The translations under genes and the position numbers were made by a program. The notes beneath the pieces were generated by a model. It was not told where the DNA came from. It did not search any database and saw only the letters and a list, made by a program, of their open reading frames with translations. From Bacteroidaceae bacterium (GTDB lineage: Bacteria > Bacteroidota > Bacteroidia > Bacteroidales > Bacteroidaceae): a stretch of DNA of 64,000 bases. This document shows positions 9,475 through 18,505 of this stretch, one piece after another. The stretch is from contig JAFSKR010000005.1 of the NCBI GenBank assembly GCA_017448825.1, positions 48,511-112,510 on the forward strand, in the 5' to 3' direction. The first letter of the stretch is position 1; each line of letters starts with the position of its first letter.

Positions 9475-10317
9475 TCACTCCTCTTCCTCCATGTCTTCAG
9501 CGATGTCTTCGATGTCTTCAATCTGGAGATTCCGCTCGTCGGGCTCTTCGTCTTCGATGTCTTCTTCGTCTATGTCACCGTCCAGCTTCTTCAGTTCTTC
9601 ATCGTCCATGTCCTCATCTTCTTCTTCCTCTTCCAATTCGATTTCCTCATCGTAGTCTTCATCGTTCTCATTTTCAGCATTCTTCCGGCGGCGGCGTCTG
9701 CCATCTTCATCATCGTGGATGGTGTAGTCGATGTGTACTTTCTCCACTTTGGGCTTGGGTTTCATGAAAATGCCCTCAATCCACGTGCCGCGCTCTATTT
9801 CCAGCACTTCGTAGCCATCGTCCTTGCGGCGGTCGATGATGCCGCCCTTTTTGCGCATGGTCTTTTCGGGCATGATGGTACAATCGACGAAGAACGCTGA
9901 TTCGATGATGTCCTGGATGGCAAGTGGCAGACCTTTCCATCCTGTGCCCATGTTGTTGTTGATGAGTTCCAGCACTTCCCATGCTTCCAGATGCTGTATG
10001 TTCTCCAGCGTCAGGTCAGTCACCTTCTTGATGGGGTGCTTGCGGATGGCGATGGCGTTGTTCCCGTTCTCGTCGGGTGTGGAATAGACCTCAAAACCAA
10101 CGCTTTCCAGTTTGTTCACCTGTTCTGTGTCCTCCCGTTTCAGGTATTGTATGTCAAACACCATGCGGAGGATGTTTGTGTAGTGCTTTTCGTTCTCAAT
10201 ATAGTCATCGTGCTTCTTTTTGGCATCGATGATCATCTGGCTCAATTCACTGGGGGTGATGGTCCAGACATTCCCCTTGTTCAGGTCGTCGAGTGACAGC
10301 CTCGTTTTTTGTTTCAT
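9475..10317 (-). CDS. hypothetical protein with ~85-aa poly-acidic (D/E) C-terminal tail
   Basis: 280-aa ORF with its own -7 box. The globular N-terminal ~190 aa were not recognised. The tail is DDEDGRRRRRKNAENENDEDYDEEIELEEEEEDEDMDDEE...EDMEEEE. Confidence 0.6.
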   Translation of the reverse strand: MKQKTRLSLDDLNKGNVWTITPSELSQMIIDAKKKHDDYIENEKHYTNILRMVFDIQYLKREDTEQVNKLESVGFEVYSTPDENGNNAIAIRKHPIKKVTDLTLENIQHLEAWEVLELINNNMGTGWKGLPLAIQDIIESAFFVDCTIMPEKTMRKKGGIIDRRKDDGYEVLEIERGTWIEGIFMKPKPKVEKVHIDYTIHDDEDGRRRRRKNAENENDEDYDEEIELEEEEEDEDMDDEELKKLDGDIDEEDIEDEEPDERNLQIEDIEDIAEDMEEEE

Positions 10318-10359
10318 CCTTTTATATTATATAATATGTGTATATGTCTTTTTGGGCTG

Positions 10360-10367
10360 CAAAGTTA
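10360..10367 (-). promoter_or_regulatory. putative -7 box for the acidic-tail gene
   Basis: Minus strand reads TAACTTTG, 43 nt upstream of ATG 10317. Confidence 0.5.
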
Positions 10368-10505
10368 CGACTTTTTCTCCCTTTTTTCTTTCTTTCAGGA
10401 TATTTTTAAGGTTTATATAGTAAAAAACGCGCGAAATGGAACATTTTTTCATGATTTTGGAGCAAAAAACTCATCAATATAGTGGTGAATATGATGAAAA
10501 TGCTT

Positions 10506-10513
10506 TACCTTTG
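10506..10513 (+). promoter_or_regulatory. putative -7 box for the OmpA-family gene
   Basis: TACCTTTG 41 nt upstream of ATG 10554. Confidence 0.5.
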
Positions 10514-10553
10514 TGCCGACAATAATTTATTTACATAAAAACCTAATCTGATT

Positions 10554-11888
10554 ATGAAAAGAATCTATTTACTTTTAGTGGCAGTCCTCATGATGGGGAT
10601 CTGCGTACTAGACGTGAATGCACAGGGCATTCTTGGGAAACTCAAAAACAGAGTGGCAGACAAAGTGAACGAAAAGATAGATAAGGCTGTCAACGATGTG
10701 GTCAATGACACCGATGATGCGGCCACTGATGCCGTTAAAGGAAAGAAAGGCAAGAAGTCGAAGAATGCGGACGATGAGGAGGACGCAGAGGTAGGGGATG
10801 GAGACGAGGCAGTTGACTTTGCTCAGATTCAAGCCAAGAGTGACTTCAAGCGTGGTGGCACTGTATTCTTCAATGATGACCTGTCTGGCGAGCAGATGGG
10901 CGAATTCCCTTCCAAATGGGATTTGATAAATGGCTCTGAAGTAGAGGTGGTTAGTATTAAAGGTAAGAAAGCTATCAAGTTCGAAGATTCTCAGATTAAA
11001 CCATTAATGAAGGATTTGAAATATCTGCCAGAAGAGTTCACCATCGAGTTTGATGTGCTTTCTCAACCTGCTGAGGAAGGTTCTGGCTGGGATGCCACAT
11101 TGGATATCTTCTTCTTTGGTGAGGATTATGCTGGAAATGGAGAAGACAGAGTATTTGACTACAGAACAAGTGTAGAGACCTCCAATGCGAACAATAATCA
11201 GGAGGGGAAATATGATGCTATCGCCTGGGGCTGGGGTTCTTGGAATCCTAATGGAAATAAAATTGAAGGAGAATCAAGTAGAGAGGCAATCAGGAAGGTG
11301 TTTAAGAAGAATGACTGGAACCACATCGCATTCTCATTTAACAAGCGGGCGTTCAAGGCTTATCTCAATTATTCCCGTATTGTGAACATACCTAATCAGA
11401 AGCAACCACGTGCATGGAGCATGGAAGGCGGTTCTGATAGCAACAAGGGAATCTATGTCACCAACATTGTGATGGCCAAGGGTGCCGTTGAACTCTATGA
11501 GCGCAATACTACTGATTATTCATCAGCCGTCGAGAAGGCCATTGCCGAAACCGGTAAGTTTGTGACGAACAACATTCTTTTCGAGACAGGAAAGGCTACG
11601 CTGAAGGGCGAGTAGATGGCTGAGATTCAGAAAGTTGCTGACTACATGAAGAAGAACCCCACCGTTCGCTTCGAGGTGCAGGGACACACCGACAATCAAG
11701 GCTCTGATGCCATCAACGACCCACTCTCTCAGCAACGTGCTGAAGCCGTGGTGAAGGCACTCGAAAGCCTCGGTGTCGATGGCTTCAACCTCCGTGCCGT
11801 CGGCAAGGGTTCCCATGAGCCTGTGGCTGACAACAAGACAGAGGCGGGTCGTGCCCAGAACCGCCGCGTAGAGTTCATCAAGAAATAA
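10554..11888 (+). pseudogene. OmpA-family outer-membrane/peptidoglycan-associated protein interrupted by an in-frame TAG (11613-11615)
   Basis: ORFs 10554..11615 and 11616..11888 are in the same frame. The OmpA_C domain runs straight across the stop (NNILFETGKATLKGE*MAEIQKVADYMKKNPTVRFEVQGHTDNQGSD...NRRVEF). The signal peptide is on the first piece only. Confidence 0.8.
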
Positions 11889-11953
11889 TCACTAATTGTG
11901 TTGAAGGTGCCCGAATACCCTCAACAAGCCTTCCACGTTCATATTCTATTCAA

Positions 11954-11995
11954 TACCCCGATGTCAATACAATCACATCGGGGTATTCTTTTTTA
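11954..11995 (+). terminator. intrinsic terminator after the OmpA-family gene
   Basis: 11-bp stem taccccgatgt / acatcggggta, followed by ttctttttt. Confidence 0.75.
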
Positions 11996-12138
11996 TCCTT
12001 ACCCGCTAACGTGAAACAGGGAAATGGGAGGAATGCCATCTGCCCGTTTTCGTAGTGTTGATGTCCACTTCCCCGAAATCCTCATCCCGATAGGGAAAAA
12101 GCCATGAAAAGCCTATCGTTTAACACTATTTAACATTC

Positions 12139-12147
12139 GGGGGGGGG
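12139..12147 (+). repeat. G9 homopolymer in the promoter region of the 12343 gene
   Basis: Nine consecutive G read directly from the sequence; they end 19 nt upstream of the TACCTTTG box. Confidence 0.95.
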
Positions 12148-12166
12148 TAAAATGTGATTTTATTCG

Positions 12167-12174
12167 TACCTTTG
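12167..12174 (+). promoter_or_regulatory. putative -7 box for the 12343 gene (long leader)
   Basis: TACCTTTG 169 nt upstream of ATG 12343. Confidence 0.4.
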
Positions 12175-12342
12175 TGGGGATAATATGAACAAATCTATAG
12201 AGCACTATCATTTATGGTGTGCACAACGGCAAGAACTACATCCTTTCGAGGGATGGACGTGAGATTGGCGAACTGGTGATGGGAGATAATACACATCATG
12301 CGATATTTTATAAATAATTGATAACCTAAACTGATAATAACG

Positions 12343-13986
12343 ATGAAAAAAAGAACACTGACTGTGCTGGCTGTACTGCTGCTGATGGGTACAGCTGATG
12401 TGAACGCACAAGGAATTCTGAAGAAACTGAAGCAGAAGGCTGAAAACGCCGTCACGAAGGTGGCAGGTTTGGACAATGGCGAGCAGACGGCTGTCAACGA
12501 TGGTGACAGCGACGGTGCTATGGCTGTTCCCCAAGGTTCTGACATCATCCAGAAGCGCAAGCAGACGACGCTGCTGTGGGACGGGGTGGTGAAACCCAGC
12601 ACCGCCACCACGTCGCAAGCACTCTTGGCGGAACTCCCTCCACTGCCATCGGCTGAGAAGATGGCACGAAGCACCCAAGAAGAGCGCGATGCCTACTACA
12701 TGAAGATTCTGGCAGTGACGGAACGCGCCACCCAGTTGGAGGAGAATGCCACAGGTTGCTCGGATGCCGAAATAGAGGCAGAGCGCAAGAGGTGGGAGAA
12801 CAAAATCTGCGACCAGTTCGGCATCACGCAGAAAGAACTCGAGATATTGGGCGATGACAACATCCCCGAGTCGCAGAAAGAGCCTATCCGTCAGAAGATG
12901 ATGACCAAGATGCTGGGTGTTGACATGAATGACAGCGAGATAGAGAAGTTCGAAAAAATGAGCGAGAAGGAGCAGGAGGCATACATCAAGGCGCATCCAG
13001 AGTTCGTGGCAAAGATGCAGAAGGCGGCAACCAATGCGATGGATTTTGGACAGCAAATGAAGCAGATGACGAGTGGGGCGGTGACGCTGGAAACTCGGAT
13101 GGCGAAATTGGCACAGGACATGCAGAAGTTCGCTGAACGAGAGTCAACCCACGACTATTCCGCTTTGGGTACGAAGTATAACAGCAAGTTGGCAAAAATC
13201 TACAAGCAAATCTTCGCCACCGACGACATGGCACAGGTGGATGCCCTTTATGCCGAGGCTGACGAGCTGCTTTATAACTATCGACTGGAGGCTGCCAAGG
13301 AATATCGTGCTTCGCTGGCACGCCAGATTGATAAAGAAAAGACGTACTTGGCTGAATATAACAGCATCATGGCCGATGCCGTGAAAGACGGAACCATCCC
13401 CCAGTGTGCCTTCGAACGTGCCGACTACAACATGGTGATAGGTATTGCCAACATCCTGGAGGATGCTTATAAGGACATCCCTGAACTGGATGCCTCGCCT
13501 GTGGAGAAGACGGTGCTCTACACGCTGCCGAAGGGGTATGCGTTCGCCTATTCTGAAAACCGATGCTATGTCGGCTTCCCAAGTGGAGGTGTGGGCACTG
13601 GTGCTGGTGCCAATGCAGGAAGGGGTGGCGGTCCCATCTGCTGGCTGTTGGAAAAGTGGCCTATGCTGGTATCGAACGATTCGAAAGGCACATACGGTGT
13701 GCTGAATTGCGATGGTGTGAAAGACATCACAGAAGCAGAACTGGAAAAGTTCAACAAGAAAGCCTCCTACAAGAACATGAAGGATCAAAGAAAGCAGGAG
13801 AAACCCGCCTACGGCAAGTATAAGAGCCGCAGCGGCAAGCGCACCGTGGAGTATGCAGAGGATGGCTATCTGGTTATCGAGGGCATGAGTTACTTCGACC
13901 CAGTTTCCTTCTCAGCTCAACCCGACAAACTGCAATGGGTGGAAGTGGAAGGCAGTCAAATAGTGCTCTGCACGTACAAATTGTGA
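12343..13986 (+). CDS. hypothetical secreted protein, coiled-coil-rich, N-terminal module shared with the OmpA-family neighbour
   Basis: 547 aa. Signal peptide MKKRTLTVLAVLLLMGTADVNAQ is followed by GILKKLKQKAENAV (compare VNAQGILGKLKNRVADKV at 10554). A long E/K/A-rich helical region and a Gly-rich loop GGVGTGAGANAGRGGGP follow. Confidence 0.65.
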   Translation: MKKRTLTVLAVLLLMGTADVNAQGILKKLKQKAENAVTKVAGLDNGEQTAVNDGDSDGAMAVPQGSDIIQKRKQTTLLWDGVVKPSTATTSQALLAELPPLPSAEKMARSTQEERDAYYMKILAVTERATQLEENATGCSDAEIEAERKRWENKICDQFGITQKELEILGDDNIPESQKEPIRQKMMTKMLGVDMNDSEIEKFEKMSEKEQEAYIKAHPEFVAKMQKAATNAMDFGQQMKQMTSGAVTLETRMAKLAQDMQKFAERESTHDYSALGTKYNSKLAKIYKQIFATDDMAQVDALYAEADELLYNYRLEAAKEYRASLARQIDKEKTYLAEYNSIMADAVKDGTIPQCAFERADYNMVIGIANILEDAYKDIPELDASPVEKTVLYTLPKGYAFAYSENRCYVGFPSGGVGTGAGANAGRGGGPICWLLEKWPMLVSNDSKGTYGVLNCDGVKDITEAELEKFNKKASYKNMKDQRKQEKPAYGKYKSRSGKRTVEYAEDGYLVIEGMSYFDPVSFSAQPDKLQWVEVEGSQIVLCTYKL

Positions 13987-14031
13987 AATGTCCTTGATTT
14001 CCAGAGAGATAAAGTGTGAATCGAGACACGT

Positions 14032-14745
14032 ATGTATCAAGTAAAGTTGAAATATATTTTATCGCTGTGGTTGCTCGTGATGAGTGGAACCACAGCGTTT
14101 TCTATGAACCATCGGAGAGCCTTTGGTGATGACTGGCGAGAGGCGGAAACTTATGTGAAGGAGCATCGGGGGGAATGGAGGCAGACGTTTGATGACTTCG
14201 AGGTGGATGCCGCGATGGCAGAGGCGATTGTCTTTCCTGAATTGATACGTTACAACCGTTGGCAGGACGAGATAGAGTCTGCCGCTGTGACCGCCCTCTA
14301 TGTGAGCGGAGGACGGCAGCAATCGAATTTCTCCATTGGAAGGTTCCAGATGAAACCTTCGTTTGCCGAGGATGTGGAAAAAGACTGGAACCGTTCGCCA
14401 TTGGCACAGACCTACGATTTCGTGTTTGACACGCACGACACATCAACAGCCCGTCGCTATCGTGTCAAACGACTGGGCACTATTCAGGGACAGTGCCGTT
14501 ATCTGGCCATCTTCATCCGTCTGCAACAGTTGCGCCACCCTGAACTGAAAAAATGCTCCAAGAAAGAACAGGTGCATTATCTTGCCACGCTGTATAACCG
14601 CTCTTATGCCGCCTCATGGCAGGAATTGGAACGATTGTCACATGAAAAACACTTCCATACAGATGTCATCAAAACACGCCGCACTCATCTCTACCGCTAT
14701 CCAGACATTGCGGTGGAGTACTATCGGGGAGTGGCTTCTTTTTGA
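14032..14745 (+). CDS. hypothetical secreted protein (possible lysozyme/transglycosylase-like fold, weak)
   Basis: 237 aa with an N-terminal hydrophobic signal, 45 nt after the previous stop. FPE...ES...GRFQM is loosely reminiscent of SLT motifs only. Confidence 0.55.
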   Translation: MYQVKLKYILSLWLLVMSGTTAFSMNHRRAFGDDWREAETYVKEHRGEWRQTFDDFEVDAAMAEAIVFPELIRYNRWQDEIESAAVTALYVSGGRQQSNFSIGRFQMKPSFAEDVEKDWNRSPLAQTYDFVFDTHDTSTARRYRVKRLGTIQGQCRYLAIFIRLQQLRHPELKKCSKKEQVHYLATLYNRSYAASWQELERLSHEKHFHTDVIKTRRTHLYRYPDIAVEYYRGVASF

Positions 14746-14884
14746 TGTGTTGAGTTCTGACTTATACTTGCAAAAGTTTTGCTGCAAAACACAAAACGGG
14801 GAGTAAAAAGGTCTGTGGGTAGGCTTTTTATGCCAATTTGTAAAAAAGGTGGAGAGAAAGGTCTGCTATGTGATTTTTTTTTAC

Positions 14885-14892
14885 TATTTTTG
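14885..14892 (+). promoter_or_regulatory. putative -7 box for the decarboxylase operon
   Basis: TATTTTTG 45 nt upstream of ATG 14937. Confidence 0.45.
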
Positions 14893-14936
14893 CACCGTTT
14901 TTTAACGTAGAAAGATTTTAATTAATTCTGTTTGAT

Positions 14937-15206
14937 ATGATTACAAATGACATTTACGGAGCTTTACAGCTCCTCGTTGTCGGTATGCTCACAGTGTTTG
15001 CGGTGCTGCTCATCGTGATTAATCTCGGCAAGTTGCTCATCTGGGCGGTCAACAAGTGGGCACCTGAAGAGACCGTGGCAAAGAAGGTGGCTCCAGCCGC
15101 CAAGGCCATCGAGGCGATTGACGCAAACACGAAAGCCATCATCGACGCCACCATCAGCAAAATCACTGGTGGCAAAGGTCGGGTGACAAAGGTAACAAAA
15201 TTGTAG
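14937..15206 (+). CDS. oadG: Na+-translocating decarboxylase small membrane subunit (OadG-like gamma/delta)
   Basis: 89 aa: a single N-terminal TM helix then an Ala/Lys-rich tail. It sits first in the operon with the alpha and beta subunits. Confidence 0.7.
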   Translation: MITNDIYGALQLLVVGMLTVFAVLLIVINLGKLLIWAVNKWAPEETVAKKVAPAAKAIEAIDANTKAIIDATISKITGGKGRVTKVTKL

Positions 15207-15229
15207 AAATTTTAAGGTTAAAAAGAAAT

Positions 15230-17086
15230 ATGGCAAAAGAAGTAAAGTTCTCATTGGTCTTCCGCGATATGTGGCAGAGTGCTGGTAAGTATCAGCCTCG
15301 TGTGGACCAACTCGTTAAAGTGGCTCCTGCCATCATCAAGATGGGATGCTTCGACCGTGTGGAAACGAACGGTGGTGGCTTCGAGCAGGTGAACCTCCTC
15401 TACGGAGAAAATCCCAACAAGTCTGTGCGCGAATGGACAAAGCCATTCCATGAGGCTGGCATTCAGACGCACATGCTGGACCGCGCGCTGAACGGTCTGC
15501 GCATGAGCCCCGTGCCAAAGGATGTGCGCAAGCTCTTCTACAAGGTGAAGAAGGCTCAGGGCACTGACATCACTCGTATTTTCTGTGGTCTGAACGACCC
15601 ACGCAACGTGATACCTTCCATCCAGTATTCGAAGGAGGCTGGCATGATTGCACAGGCTGCTCTGTGCATCACTTATTCTCCCATCCACACCGTGGAGTAT
15701 TATGTGAACCTTGCCAAGCAGTTCATCGATGCTGGTGCTGACGAAATCTGTTTGAAGGATATGGCAGGTATTGGCCGTCCTGTATCACTTGGCAAGATTG
15801 TGGAAGGCATCAAGAAACTGAAGAAGGACATCGTGATTCAGTATCACTCGCACGCTGGTCCTGGCTTCAACATGGCAAGCATCCTCGAGGTCTGCAACGC
15901 TGGTTGTGACTACATCGACACGGGCATGTCTCCACTCTCTTGGGGTACGGGTCACGCTGACATCATCGCCGTGCAGGAGATGCTGAAGGATGCAGGCTTC
16001 AAGGTGAAGGAAATCAATATGGCTGCCTATATGGAGGTGCGCACCCAGATTCAGGAGATGTGTGACGACTTCCTCGGCTACTATATTCCTGACCTCAACC
16101 ACATCAACAACTCGCTGCTTGTGAAGCCAGGTCTGCCTGGTGGTATGATGGGTTCGCTGATGACGGACTTGGAGGACAACCTCAAGTCGCTGAACAAGTG
16201 GAAGGTGAAGAACAATCAGCCAGAACTGACTACCGACGACCTGCTCATCAAGCTCTTCGACGAAGTGGCTTACGTGTGGCCAAAGGTAGGTTATCCATGC
16301 CTCGTGACTCCGTTCTCGCAGTATGTGAAGAACCTCGCGTTGATGAACGTGATGCAGATGGAGAAGGGCAAGGCTCGTTGGAGCATGATTGCCGACACCA
16401 TCTGGGACATGATACTCGGCAAGGCTGGACAACTGCCTGGTCCTGTGGCTCCTGAACTGGTGCAGATGGCAAAGGAGCAGGGTCGCGAGTTCGAGACCCA
16501 AGACCCACAGTCTTACTTCCCCGACAAACTCGACGAGTTCCGTAAGGAAATGCAGGAGAACGGTTGGGAACTTGGTGAGGATGACGAAGAACTCTTCGAA
16601 CTCGCCATGCACCCAGAGCAGTACCGCGCTTACAAGAGCGGTAAAGCTAAAGCAGACTTTGAGGCTGACCTCGCCAAGCGTAAGGCTGCTAAAAACGCAC
16701 CTGCTGCTGGTGCTGAAGGTCCGAAGAGCGTGACCGTTCAGGTGAACGGCGTGAACTATAAGGTGGAGATTGCTTACGGCGATGCTGTTCCAGCCGCTGC
16801 TCCTATCGCAGCTTTGGCAGGTGGTGCTGCACCCGCAGCTGCCCCTGCTGGTGAGGGTGAGGATATCCTCGCTCCACTGGAAGGTAAGTTCTATCTTGTG
16901 AAGGACAACTCGGAGACTCCTGTGAAGGTGGGTGACACCGTACAGGCAGGTGACACGCTTGGTTACATCGAGGCCATGAAGACCTTCAACGCCATCCGTG
17001 CCGACAAGGCTGGCACCATCACCGCCATCCTCGTCAACTCTGGTGACTCCGTAGAAGAAGATGACCCAATCATGAAAATGGCGTAA
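15230..17086 (+). CDS. oadA: oxaloacetate decarboxylase alpha subunit type (carboxyltransferase + biotinyl domain)
   Basis: 618 aa: HMGL-like/PYC-OADA carboxyltransferase region, an Ala/Pro linker, and a C-terminal biotinyl domain with lysine motif IEAMKT. Confidence 0.88.
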   Translation: MAKEVKFSLVFRDMWQSAGKYQPRVDQLVKVAPAIIKMGCFDRVETNGGGFEQVNLLYGENPNKSVREWTKPFHEAGIQTHMLDRALNGLRMSPVPKDVRKLFYKVKKAQGTDITRIFCGLNDPRNVIPSIQYSKEAGMIAQAALCITYSPIHTVEYYVNLAKQFIDAGADEICLKDMAGIGRPVSLGKIVEGIKKLKKDIVIQYHSHAGPGFNMASILEVCNAGCDYIDTGMSPLSWGTGHADIIAVQEMLKDAGFKVKEINMAAYMEVRTQIQEMCDDFLGYYIPDLNHINNSLLVKPGLPGGMMGSLMTDLEDNLKSLNKWKVKNNQPELTTDDLLIKLFDEVAYVWPKVGYPCLVTPFSQYVKNLALMNVMQMEKGKARWSMIADTIWDMILGKAGQLPGPVAPELVQMAKEQGREFETQDPQSYFPDKLDEFRKEMQENGWELGEDDEELFELAMHPEQYRAYKSGKAKADFEADLAKRKAAKNAPAAGAEGPKSVTVQVNGVNYKVEIAYGDAVPAAAPIAALAGGAAPAAAPAGEGEDILAPLEGKFYLVKDNSETPVKVGDTVQAGDTLGYIEAMKTFNAIRADKAGTITAILVNSGDSVEEDDPIMKMA

Positions 17087-17088
17087 AT

Positions 17089-18351
17089 ATGGAAGAGATA
17101 CTCAATAACATATACCAAATGACGGCGTTCAGCGACATCATCGCCGCCAACGGTACATACCTAATTATGTACTTGCTTGCCTTTGTGCTCCTGTACCTCG
17201 GCATCGTCAAGCACTTCGAGCCGCTGTTGCTCATCCCCATCGCCTTCGGTGTGTTGATTGCCAACTTCCCTGGTGGTGATATGGGCGTGTATCAGGCAGA
17301 CGAGGCAGGACGCATTGTTGATGCAGCAGGCAACGTGCTGGCAGAGAACATCTGGGAGATGTCGCTCCCTCAGATTGCGCACGACCTCGGCTTGATGAAC
17401 TTCCTCTACTACATGCTTATCAAGACGGGCTTCCTGCCTCCTGTTATCTTCATGGGTGTGGGTGCGTTGACAGACTTCGGTCCGATGCTCCGCAACCTGC
17501 GCCTGTCTATCTTTGGTGCCGCTGCCCAAATGGGTATCTTCGCGGTGCTCATCATCGCAGTTGCCTCTGGTCAGTTCAACATCAAGGAGGCTGCTTCACT
17601 CGGTATTATCGGTGGTGCTGACGGTCCTACAGCTATCTTCACCACCATCAAGCTGGCTCCTCATCTCTTGGCACCTATCGCCATCGCGGCTTATAGCTAC
17701 ATGGCACTTGTGCCTGTGATTATCCCACTTGTGGTGAAGATGCTCTGCTCGGAGAAAGAACTGCGCATCAACATGAAGGAACAAGATAAGCTCTTCCCTT
17801 CTGGCCAGAAGATGAAGAACGAGAAGGTCATCAAGATTATATTCCCCATCGCTGTGACCACTATTGTAGCACTGCTCGTTCCATCAGCCGTATCGCTGAT
17901 TGGTATGCTCATGTTTGGCAACCTACTGAAGGAAATCGGTTCTGACACGGGTCGTTTGTTTGACACCATTAGCAACTCTATCATGAACACTGCCACCGTG
18001 TTCCTCGGTCTCTGTGTAGGTGCTACGATGACGGTGCAGGCGTTCCTTAACTGGACTACTATTGGTATCGTGGTGGGTGGTTTCTTCGCTTTCGGTCTCT
18101 CGATTGCATCTGGTATCTGCATGGTGAAGGTGACAAACCTCTTCTCCAAGAAGAAAATCAACCCGCTCATTGGTGCAACTGGCCTTTCCGCTGTGCCGAT
18201 GGCATCACGTGTTTGCAACGAAATCTCCACCAAGTACGACCCTAAGAACCATGTGCTCAACTACTGTATGTCTTCTAACGTATCGGGTGTGATTGGTTCT
18301 GCTGTCGCTGCTGGTGTTCTCATCTCCTTCTTGCAGAACATGAGTCTCTAA
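17089..18351 (+). CDS. oadB: Na+-transporting decarboxylase beta subunit
   Basis: 420-aa polytopic membrane protein with OadB/GcdB/MmdB-type sequence (GIIGGADGPTAIF, GATGLSAVPMASR). Confidence 0.92.
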   Translation: MEEILNNIYQMTAFSDIIAANGTYLIMYLLAFVLLYLGIVKHFEPLLLIPIAFGVLIANFPGGDMGVYQADEAGRIVDAAGNVLAENIWEMSLPQIAHDLGLMNFLYYMLIKTGFLPPVIFMGVGALTDFGPMLRNLRLSIFGAAAQMGIFAVLIIAVASGQFNIKEAASLGIIGGADGPTAIFTTIKLAPHLLAPIAIAAYSYMALVPVIIPLVVKMLCSEKELRINMKEQDKLFPSGQKMKNEKVIKIIFPIAVTTIVALLVPSAVSLIGMLMFGNLLKEIGSDTGRLFDTISNSIMNTATVFLGLCVGATMTVQAFLNWTTIGIVVGGFFAFGLSIASGICMVKVTNLFSKKKINPLIGATGLSAVPMASRVCNEISTKYDPKNHVLNYCMSSNVSGVIGSAVAAGVLISFLQNMSL

Positions 18352-18399
18352 AGCTCTGTGATGCTGTCAAGATAGAAAGACGCAGAAAAGAAAAAAATA

Positions 18400-18441
18400 C
18401 GCCGAAGGGGGCGCACCAATTTTGGTGCGCCCCCTTCGGCG
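18400..18441. terminator. bidirectional terminator shared by oadB and mutB
   Basis: Perfect 19-bp stem cgccgaagggggcgcacca / tggtgcgcccccttcggcg with a 4-nt loop, an A-run upstream and Ts downstream. Confidence 0.85.
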
Positions 18442-18505
18442 TTGTATGATGTATATGTTACGTCAGTTCACAAATACTGAAAAGTGTGATGAGTCCTTCG
18501 CGAAA

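Noticed and set aside
9168-9767. 199-aa and 78-aa plus-strand ORFs (Ser-rich) across the heptamer repeat and the acidic-tail region
   Set aside because: They are the reverse-complement reading of GAA/GAT-rich codons (poly-Ser/Phe) plus the microsatellite. They span a promoter and an intergenic region.
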